Below, in pieces: positions 1-6,389 of a stretch of 20,000 nucleotides of DNA (position 1 is the first letter of the stretch; each line of letters begins with the position of its first letter). The translations under genes and the position numbers were made by a program. The notes below the pieces were generated by a model. It made no database searches and had not been told where the DNA came from. It was given only the letters and a program-made list of their open reading frames with translations. The DNA comes from an uncultured virus (IMG/VR IMGVR_UViG_3300032327_000191) (lineage: Duplodnaviria; Heunggongvirae; Uroviricota; Caudoviricetes). The stretch is taken from IMG/VR virus record IMGVR_UViG_3300032327_000191. The stretch is one strand, 5' to 3'.

Positions 1-423
1 TGTTGTTTGCGTTGGGTCAGCAGGGTTAGCACCAGCAATTGGGTGGCTAAGAACCTGAATCTCGATGTCACAACGGAAGTCCGACAGCGAACCACTGCTT
101 CCCGAAGCCTGAACCGTACGGAACAGGCGCTTCATCCAGTCCCAGTTCTGCGTGGTGCCAAGGGTGACGCCGCGCTGGAACTGAACCGGGGAGAACGTGG
201 TCTGTCCCGGAATCTGGTGAACAGTGGTGTTGTAGCCACCCTCACGATACGGGATGCTGTCGGTGGTAACACCGAGACCCGTAACAGAGGTGAACCCAAG
301 CGCGTTGCCTCCCATGCGGAAGTCAAGCACCGTGGGGTCAAACGGCTTGAACAAGACTAGGAATCGAAAGTTCCTAATCGGGTCGGTCGTAAGGTTTGAC
401 CGGTTGTTGATAATGGTTGGCAT
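1..423 (-). CDS. Tail tube protein (T4 gp19-like / conserved phage tail protein family), runs off the window edge
   Basis: Not in ORF track. Manual translation from ATG at 423 (GGAG just upstream): MPTIINNRSNLTTDPIRNFRFLV...GFTSVTGLGVTTDSIPYREGGYNTTVHQIPGQTTFSPVQFQRG...WDW. NFRF, GF..V.GL, YREGG and PG...RG are tube signatures; directly follows the sheath gene. Confidence 0.92.
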   Translation of the reverse strand, partial: MPTIINNRSNLTTDPIRNFRFLVLFKPFDPTVLDFRMGGNALGFTSVTGLGVTTDSIPYREGGYNTTVHQIPGQTTFSPVQFQRGVTLGTTQNWDWMKRLFRTVQASGSSGSLSDFRCDIEIQVLSHPIAGANPADPTQTT

Positions 424-442
424 TATCTGTTATCTCCTTCGG

Positions 443-2251
443 TTAGTTTGCAGTCTTTTGGCTGAGCGTGATGACTACGAATTCAGCCGGGTACTCAAGC
501 GAGACACCGACCTCGATGTGTACCTCGCCATTGGCGATGGTTTCAAACGGGTTGTTCTCAGAGTCACACTTGACGTAGTAAGCCTCGTCCGGCGTTGTTC
601 CTGCAAGACCGCCGTTGTTGCTGTACGTGTTCAAGAACACTGAGATTGCCGTACGAAGCTGCGACCAAAGACGCTCATCGTTGTTTTCAAACAACGCAAA
701 ACGCGTAATCTCTTTAAGGCTTTGCTTCAAATAGATGAGCGAACGACGCATCGAAACGTAGCGGTTAGCCGTACCATCCTGCTTCAGGGTGCGAGCACCC
801 ATGACCACAACTCCCGCACCCGGAATATCGCGGATTGCGTTAATCGGGGAGGAAGCAGAGTTTAGCAAGTCAAGGTCGCTGTCGCTGAGACGACGTTCCG
901 TCGTAACAACTCCGCCAAGCTCGGCACGAAGACCAGCAGGAGACTTGAACGGACCAAAATCTCGGTCAGTTGACAAGTAAAGACCAGCAACAGCACCAGC
1001 AGGACCGCATTTACGAATCGAACCAGCATTGCGTCCCAACGGGTCAGCAATGTAGATGTTCGGGTAGTAAACAGCGGCGTAGCTGGAGTTTTGCAACCCT
1101 TCTGCATAAGCCAATGCGGTTCCGGAAGTAGAGCTAGTACCGACAGCTAAGTCCGGTGCAGTTTCCAAAACGGCAAACCCGTTGTGTGCCTCAGCCCAAG
1201 CGGTAAGAGCATCGTGAACCGTTGAGTATCCCGCTGCAATGCTTCGGAATATTTCCGGAGCAAAAATAACGAGAGGAGTATCAATGGTGTTGAGGTTTGC
1301 AAGAGAAGCAACGTAATCTGATGCAATCGGGGATGAAGAGGGCAACCCCGTGACGCTTCCACCCGAAGTGTAGCTTGCAAGGGAAGCTGTATTTGCAACC
1401 GTAAAAGTGAACGGTGATGCCGTTGTAATTGCGGTGATAACCGCATTAGCTACGTTATACCCAGTTGGCGTAATTCCCGTAACAGTAGCCAAGTACCCTA
1501 CTTGGAAATTGTGTGCAGCAGAAGTGGTGTAAACCACAGTGCTTCCATTGCTCACTGCTCCAGTAATCGTGCTAGTTGAGGAACTTCCACCACCACCATT
1601 GCTACCACCGGACAAAACAAGAACCGTAGGTGAGGTACTTGCGGGGTCCTGAGCCGTTGGGAATAAAGCGTGCGTGTTATCAGTAATGGCTACTGAAACA
1701 TACTGTGACTGAAGGTTCACTGCCGTAACAATGTAGTCTCCAGAGTTAACGTCATTGAACACGATGTTGTTGAATTGCTCAACAAGTACGTCATCCGTAA
1801 CGTTCTGACCGGTGTTACCACCCGTAGTTGTCTCTTTGTAAACAAGCATGTTGAAATAGGTTGCACCCTGATTCGACGAGGTGAACACAACACGGAGGTC
1901 GTTTCCACCAACACCGGGGTCGAGAGCAGTTACCGTACCAAGGTTACCCGTCGTGCTTGCCGGGATAGAGACCGTTGCTTTTGTAGCGTTACTGCTCAGT
2001 ACGCGCTGGACATAAAGCTGTGAACCACCGCTCTTAAAGAACTGACCGACGCCAAACGTAGCGGGGTAAGCGGCGTTGTACCCACCAAATACTTGGGTAA
2101 ACTGGTACCACGAGTTCACGAGAACTGGGGTAACTGGACCCTGCGCAAATTGTCCGACAGCGCAACCGATAGCCTCGGTTCCACCAGCCGCAGTAATGGG
2201 CGCAGGAAGAAGGCGTTCTGATACATAAACGCCGGGACGACCGTAAGCCAT
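443..2251 (-). CDS. Tail sheath protein
   Basis: N-terminal RPGVYV; C-terminal YYP, GAVAG...D..G..KSPAG, GARTL, RYVSMRR, LFENND..LW, YYVKCD.ENN, PAEFVVI are sheath motifs. AAGGAG favours the second ATG (2251) over 2254. Confidence 0.96.
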   Translation of the reverse strand: MAYGRPGVYVSERLLPAPITAAGGTEAIGCAVGQFAQGPVTPVLVNSWYQFTQVFGGYNAAYPATFGVGQFFKSGGSQLYVQRVLSSNATKATVSIPASTTGNLGTVTALDPGVGGNDLRVVFTSSNQGATYFNMLVYKETTTGGNTGQNVTDDVLVEQFNNIVFNDVNSGDYIVTAVNLQSQYVSVAITDNTHALFPTAQDPASTSPTVLVLSGGSNGGGGSSSTSTITGAVSNGSTVVYTTSAAHNFQVGYLATVTGITPTGYNVANAVITAITTASPFTFTVANTASLASYTSGGSVTGLPSSSPIASDYVASLANLNTIDTPLVIFAPEIFRSIAAGYSTVHDALTAWAEAHNGFAVLETAPDLAVGTSSTSGTALAYAEGLQNSSYAAVYYPNIYIADPLGRNAGSIRKCGPAGAVAGLYLSTDRDFGPFKSPAGLRAELGGVVTTERRLSDSDLDLLNSASSPINAIRDIPGAGVVVMGARTLKQDGTANRYVSMRRSLIYLKQSLKEITRFALFENNDERLWSQLRTAISVFLNTYSNNGGLAGTTPDEAYYVKCDSENNPFETIANGEVHIEVGVSLEYPAEFVVITLSQKTAN

Positions 2252-2292
2252 CATTTCTCCTTAGGTTAGATTTTGATTCTGGGGGGAACGAA

Positions 2293-2943
2293 TTATTGCG
2301 TAATAGTAAAGTTTGGAACTGGAGTAAAGTAAGGGTCGCTTGGACGCCCTCCTTGTTCCACAACCAAAGGTGGGGTATTGATTTTTACCGATAGAACTTC
2401 GTAAAGTTCTGTTAGTTTTCCTTGCACGACCTCCGAGGAAACCCGTACTGTTATTGCGTTTACGTACAAGCGCTTTGCTTGTTCGGTGACATCACGCTTT
2501 GTGACATCCATGACATCCAATCGGCGGATTGTTCCATCATCCGTTTCAAGGTAGCCAAATCTGAGAGGGAACTTCGTCGTGAGCAACTGAGCAACAATTG
2601 CCCGGTCATGACGCGGGTGGCGAGCATAACTAGTGATTTGATAGTCAATGTTTACTGGGATAGGAAGGTTGGTAATAAACCCAACTACAGATGGGGAAGA
2701 GGGCGTATGAGGGATGTAGGGCGCAGACGTCAATCCTCGGTGTTCCCGAGACGTATCCCGTTGAACATCAATCATGTCAATTGTGATGTATGGGTAAGAC
2801 TGGTTACGGATTTCTTGGTCTGGCTGTCCGTACCATACACCCACAGTTCGTGTGGCAACTTCCCCGTTGGACTTTTGGTCTTCAACCGTCATGCCTTGAA
2901 GTTTTTCACGCAACGCTTTGTCTTCAGAAAGAAGGAATGTCAT
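2293..2943 (-). CDS. Probable tail terminator / sheath-capping protein
   Basis: 216 aa immediately upstream of sheath; YPYITIDMIDV and PVNIDYQITSYAR..RHD resemble tail terminator / Pvc16-N-like proteins; ATGA overlap with upstream gene. Confidence 0.6.
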   Translation of the reverse strand: MTFLLSEDKALREKLQGMTVEDQKSNGEVATRTVGVWYGQPDQEIRNQSYPYITIDMIDVQRDTSREHRGLTSAPYIPHTPSSPSVVGFITNLPIPVNIDYQITSYARHPRHDRAIVAQLLTTKFPLRFGYLETDDGTIRRLDVMDVTKRDVTEQAKRLYVNAITVRVSSEVVQGKLTELYEVLSVKINTPPLVVEQGGRPSDPYFTPVPNFTITQ

Positions 2944-3239
2944 TTCTTTCCTCCCCGAAGTGCGCGACTAACAACCCGTCTGGATGCCTCGCGGTCATTG
3001 TTCAACTTGCGAATGACAGCAGTAGGTCGGCTGTGCTCAGTTCCAAACTCATGCTTGAAAACTTGCTCGGCGTAATCAGGGTGAACGTGTACGCCCATCT
3101 TCTGGTCTTTGTACTCGACGCGAATGTTGTTGACAACATCCTTGTCCCAACCATTTGACAAAGCGCGGTTGCGCAACTCAGACGTCAGTTCCTGAGCAGT
3201 CTGGTGCTTAAGATTGTGAATGAACTTTGCAATACTCAT
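2940..3239 (-). CDS. Putative neck / tail completion protein (HK97 gp10-like)
   Basis: 99 aa, GAGGTG RBS; EFGT...RP motif and position before the tail terminator. Confidence 0.5.
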   Translation of the reverse strand: MSIAKFIHNLKHQTAQELTSELRNRALSNGWDKDVVNNIRVEYKDQKMGVHVHPDYAEQVFKHEFGTEHSRPTAVIRKLNNDREASRRVVSRALRGGKK

Positions 3240-3252
3240 CGGGTCACCTCAA

Positions 3253-3368
3253 GCGGAATGGGCGCATGCGACGTACGCATGGCAAGTACTGATACAGCAT
3301 TCATTCCGCAAAATCCCCTAAAGAGGCGCAAAACCGGCGAACCGGGTAGGCTCCGCACGGATACCTAC
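3253..3368 (-). ncRNA. Candidate structured RNA leader of the tail operon
   Basis: Non-coding gap almost fully paired on the minus strand: three hairpins (one with UUCG loop) plus a three-way junction closed by GCGGAAUG/CAUUCCGC that ends 2 nt before the RBS. Confidence 0.5.
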
Positions 3369-3379
3369 ACTTCTAGGAT

Positions 3380-3408
3380 AGAGAAATGCCCCGCATTTAG
3401 CGGGGCAT
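3380..3408 (-). terminator. Intrinsic terminator after the micro-gene cassette
   Basis: Perfect 9-bp stem ATGCCCCGC/GCGGGGCAT (3386-3408), 5-nt loop, followed by TTCTCT on the minus strand, 17 nt after the stop at 3426. Confidence 0.7.
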
Positions 3409-3425
3409 ACTCATTTGGGTTTGAA

Positions 3426-3626
3426 TTACTTCTTGCCAGACTTAATCTTCTTAGCAAGAGCATTGTCTTTCTTGGTGTCCTGCGCCTTGGTAAGTTTGGT
3501 GTTCTTATCCATCTTGGCGTCAGCCTTTTCAAACTTTGCCTTTTGAGCAGGAGTCATGCCCTTCATGGTCTTGGCATCCTGCTTCTTGTCAGCAGCAGTT
3601 CCAATGTACTTTTTTGCGGTAGCCAT
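3426..3626 (-). CDS. Small Lys-rich protein (66 aa)
   Basis: 20 of 66 residues are Lys; TAATG coupling to upstream gene; followed by terminator. Confidence 0.8.
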   Translation of the reverse strand: MATAKKYIGTAADKKQDAKTMKGMTPAQKAKFEKADAKMDKNTKLTKAQDTKKDNALAKKIKSGKK

Positions 3627-3793
3627 TACTTGCTCTTTTCTTTTTTCATTTTTGCAGCGGTGATTACATCTCCACGAGTAATCTTGGTCTTGTCGCCGTA
3701 CATTGCGGCAAGCTTTGCGTTCTTTCCTTTAGGTGCATCTTTCTTTGCACGCGCTTTACAAGCGGCGCATTTGCCGCACTTACACATTGCCAT
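3626..3793 (-). CDS. Small basic protein with CxCxxCxxC (55 aa)
   Basis: Not in ORF track. MAMCKCGKCAACKARAKKDAPKGKNAKLAAMYGDKTKITRGDVITAAKMKKEKSK; TAATG overlaps at both ends. Confidence 0.8.
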   Translation of the reverse strand: MAMCKCGKCAACKARAKKDAPKGKNAKLAAMYGDKTKITRGDVITAAKMKKEKSK

Positions 3794-3951
3794 TAGTTTT
3801 CCTTCTTCTTAATTGGACGGACTCGACGGAGTCCGGTTCGTGCTAAAACGCCTTTCTCAGCACCAGTGTTTGCCCGCTGCTTTGAGGTCATAGATGTTCT
3901 AGACAATTTGTCAACCACTTTTACTGTGGTCTTCTTTTTCTTTTCAGCCAT
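3793..3951 (-). CDS. Small basic protein (52 aa)
   Basis: 3' part of track ORF 3793..4116; ATG at 3951 overlaps the upstream stop (ATGGCTGA); MAEKKKKTT start like the gene at 4694. Confidence 0.75.
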   Translation of the reverse strand: MAEKKKKTTVKVVDKLSRTSMTSKQRANTGAEKGVLARTGLRRVRPIKKKEN

Positions 3952-4255
3952 TCTTTTTACCTTCGTTTGCTTTACGAATAGCAGCAGCCTTTTTCTTTGC
4001 GTCTGCTTTGCTGGACGCTCCCCATGCCTGAAGCGAGAGGAGAAGTCGAGTAGGTTCGCCGTTAGGCTTGCGTTCTGGTCCGGGCATTCCGCCCATACGA
4101 GCAAGGAACGCGGCACGACGAGGGTTGTTACCCGACTTAACGGGAGCCTTTAGGTCAGAGCCGGGGTGTGCCTTTTCGTATGACTTGCGCCCCTTCTCGT
4201 TGAGACCGCCCTTGGCGTTCTTACCGTCTTTACGTTGCCACGCTTCACTAGCCAT
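3944..4255 (-). CDS. Small basic phage protein, DUF6321-like (103 aa)
   Basis: AWQRKDGKN..GGLN.KGR.SY, LKAPV, RR..F.ARM motifs match my recollection of DUF6321; TAATG coupling. Confidence 0.75.
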   Translation of the reverse strand: MASEAWQRKDGKNAKGGLNEKGRKSYEKAHPGSDLKAPVKSGNNPRRAAFLARMGGMPGPERKPNGEPTRLLLSLQAWGASSKADAKKKAAAIRKANEGKKNG

Positions 4256-4506
4256 TAGCTGCTCCTTCTGTATGCTGCGGTTTTTTTGGCAATCTTCTTT
4301 GGTTGAGGGGCAACTTGCTTTCCCGCTTTGCCTCCATCGCCTTTAGCTTTTGCGCGGTTAGTTGCGGCTTTTTCCGCTGGGGTTAATGCCGACCAAGCTT
4401 TCTCGGGAAGATAGCGTTTCTTGCCCTTAGAGGGAGTACCGTCTGAGGTGGTCCACTTTTCCTTTGTCCACTTATCCAGTGACTTTTGAGGGGCTGCCTT
4501 AGCCAT
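4255..4506 (-). CDS. DUF5872-like protein, C-terminal half (83 aa)
   Basis: QKSLDKWTKEKWTT, RYLPEKAW..L.P.EK.ATN..K, GKQ motifs; TAATG coupling at both ends. Confidence 0.8.
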   Translation of the reverse strand: MAKAAPQKSLDKWTKEKWTTSDGTPSKGKKRYLPEKAWSALTPAEKAATNRAKAKGDGGKAGKQVAPQPKKIAKKTAAYRRSS

Positions 4507-4694
4507 TACTTGTATCCACCGCCAGCTTTCTTGTACTCCAAAGCCAGCAGTTGAGCTTTACGGGCAGACCACTCTCCGGGGTCTCCGCCCTTGGTTCCTG
4601 CTTTAATCTGCTTAAACAGACGTTCTCGAAGAGCGGGCTTGGTGTAATTACCTGCCTCATTTACACGAGACTTGGTCTTCTTTTTCTCAGCCAT
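4506..4694 (-). CDS. DUF5872-like protein, N-terminal half (62 aa)
   Basis: YTKP.LRER, KGG.PG.WSARKAQL...EYKK.GGGY motifs; start abuts the upstream stop (TAAATG). Confidence 0.8.
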   Translation of the reverse strand: MAEKKKTKSRVNEAGNYTKPALRERLFKQIKAGTKGGDPGEWSARKAQLLALEYKKAGGGYK

Positions 4695-4910
4695 TTACTT
4701 AACCTTCGGATGTTCTTTGTGAAACTTCTTGGTGTCTTTGACACCCTGATTCACAGTCTTAGCTCCAGACAACTTTGTCAGGTTCATTTGTTCTTTTTTA
4801 CCGGACTTGCTGTTTTGGGTAACAATAATGTCGCCTTTATTTCCGACACCTTTGTCTGTCGTTTTCTTAGTCACGGTGTGCTTCCTGCCACCAGCAGTTA
4901 TCTTTGTCAT
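4695..4910 (-). CDS. Small Lys-rich protein (71 aa)
   Basis: Basic ORF abutting both neighbours (TAAATG at each end). Confidence 0.75.
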   Translation of the reverse strand: MTKITAGGRKHTVTKKTTDKGVGNKGDIIVTQNSKSGKKEQMNLTKLSGAKTVNQGVKDTKKFHKEHPKVK

Positions 4911-4952
4911 TTACTTCTTGCCTTTACCGCAAGTGCAATTTCCACCACACAT
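4911..4952 (-). CDS. 13-aa Cys-rich micro-ORF MCGGNCTCGKGKK
   Basis: Exactly fills the gap: ATG overlaps the HNH gene stop (TAATG), and its TAA abuts the next ATG. Confidence 0.6.
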   Translation of the reverse strand: MCGGNCTCGKGKK

Positions 4953-5245
4953 TATTTTTTATGCGCCTTTCCGCGTCGTTCATCTTCTTTAGCTACATTC
5001 TTACTATGAGACATGGCTTGAAGGTTGCTAAGTGTGTCGTGACCTTTACGACCACCATTATCCTTGTGGTCTACGTCTGTGTCTCGACTAAGGTGAGTGT
5101 GGTGCGCGTCCTCGTAATCCACACGGGCTTTGTTGTGTGATGTGGTTACCCATTTACCGCCTACCTTTTTCTTGTAGACGTAGATAGGGCGACCACCGTT
5201 TTCTTTAGACCCCTTGTAGGGACCGAACTTCTTCCATTCAGCCAT
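4952..5245 (-). CDS. HNH-motif protein (97 aa)
   Basis: DVDHKD...D..SNLQAMSHSKN is an HNH (H-N-N) core; TAATG coupling at both ends. Confidence 0.8.
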   Translation of the reverse strand: MAEWKKFGPYKGSKENGGRPIYVYKKKVGGKWVTTSHNKARVDYEDAHHTHLSRDTDVDHKDNGGRKGHDTLSNLQAMSHSKNVAKEDERRGKAHKK

Positions 5246-5367
5246 TACTTTTTCTCTGCTTTCTCTGGAAGGTCCTCTGGGTGCTCGGTTTTATCTGCCC
5301 ACTCCTGAGCCATCTCAGGGTGATTGGCAAACATAAAGCGCATTTGAGCGAGTGACTTGAACGGCAT
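5245..5367 (-). CDS. Small phage protein (40 aa)
   Basis: Not in ORF track. MPFKSLAQMRFMFANHPEMAQEWADKTEHPEDLPEKAEKK; starts 1 nt after the upstream stop and ends in a TAATG overlap. Confidence 0.8.
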   Translation of the reverse strand: MPFKSLAQMRFMFANHPEMAQEWADKTEHPEDLPEKAEKK

Positions 5368-5368
5368 T

Positions 5369-5761
5369 TTAGTTTTGCGCCATAATCACCCAGTTAGTTC
5401 CGTTACTAACTAGGAGTGTCCATTTACCGGCTGTGTTAGCAGAGAAAAGAGTTGCAGCAGCAGTGTTAGTTGCGAGTGGGACCACGTTGGAAGAAGCTGA
5501 GGTCACTGCACCTGTATTGATTGTTTTAAAATTTAGAGTGCGACCGGGGTACGCTGAAGCAGTCGGAAGTGTAACTGAGATGCTTGAAGCAGAGTTAAAG
5601 ATAACGAACACGCTGGTTTCTGGAACAGTAAACGGAGAAGTTGTAACTGGCGTAGTGACATTAGCTACAGCCAAAGCAGTGTTTTTGTTCAAATAGTCAA
5701 GCGCGGTGTTTAGGGTGTCCCCCCAATTAGACTGACCGACGATAGGTTTTACAAGTGCCAT
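5369..5761 (-). CDS. Small fibre/appendage-like structural protein (130 aa)
   Basis: N-terminal P..GQ.NWG..LN.ALD.L anchor-like segment, then VTLP.A..YPGR...K and LVSNGTNW, a pattern typical of fibre repeat domains. Confidence 0.55.
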   Translation of the reverse strand: MALVKPIVGQSNWGDTLNTALDYLNKNTALAVANVTTPVTTSPFTVPETSVFVIFNSASSISVTLPTASAYPGRTLNFKTINTGAVTSASSNVVPLATNTAAATLFSANTAGKWTLLVSNGTNWVIMAQN

Positions 5762-5763
5762 TA

Positions 5764-6381
5764 TTACTCTCCATATTTTCCAGAGCCGTAGTCACCGGCT
5801 CCATAGATTACTAAACGAGGCTCTTCTTTAACTGGAAGAGCAAACGTAGAGAACTGCGGGTCATTGACAAGTTCTTCAGGATTAACTTGGTTGCAGTCGA
5901 TGGTTACTACCGCGTAGTTGTTGGCGAAGATACCGCGAGGAAGAACTCGGGTAGGAACAAAGACCTCACCCCGGTACACAATGCGGTCTTTGATGTGGTC
6001 GCTAGGATTTGCAAGCACGTCTGGAATAAGGCGTTGAATCTCTCCAACGTTGACCACGAGTCGCAACGTATCTGATACGTAGTAACCGCGCTCGTTCATT
6101 ACGTTTGTGGAACGCATGAGTTGAGCCATAATTACGGGAAGCTTAAAGGGCTTAGTCCAACGACGACCCTTCTTAACTCCTGCATCAGTAACCCCCGAGT
6201 TAGACACGTCATAGATGTCGTCTACAACGAGAGAGTAATTTTCCTCAAGGTACACCTCAGACCACTGCCACCAGTCAACCTCTTGACCAACAGTTTGACC
6301 GAGTTCTTCGGCAATGCCTTCATACATTGACTTTGATTCATAGTCAATGTTGAACCGACCCTGTACTAACTGACCTCTCAT
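5764..6381 (-). CDS. Probable head-closure / neck protein (205 aa)
   Basis: GGAG RBS; beta-rich core with DRIVYRGEVF and position in the head-tail joining region; function inferred. Confidence 0.5.
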   Translation of the reverse strand: MRGQLVQGRFNIDYESKSMYEGIAEELGQTVGQEVDWWQWSEVYLEENYSLVVDDIYDVSNSGVTDAGVKKGRRWTKPFKLPVIMAQLMRSTNVMNERGYYVSDTLRLVVNVGEIQRLIPDVLANPSDHIKDRIVYRGEVFVPTRVLPRGIFANNYAVVTIDCNQVNPEELVNDPQFSTFALPVKEEPRLVIYGAGDYGSGKYGE

Positions 6382-6389
6382 GGCATCTC

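Noticed and set aside
1..2943. Stand-alone eCIS or tailocin
   Set aside because: Terminase, portal, scaffold and capsid genes are present.
3300..3345. Plus-strand CGCAAAA pair resembling a c-di-GMP-I riboswitch; also checked for a hammerhead core
   Set aside because: Wrong strand for the operon and the conserved cores are missing.
3952..4116. N-terminal extension of track ORF 3793..4116
   Set aside because: Overlaps 3944..4255 in another frame; the coupled ATG at 3951 is a better start.
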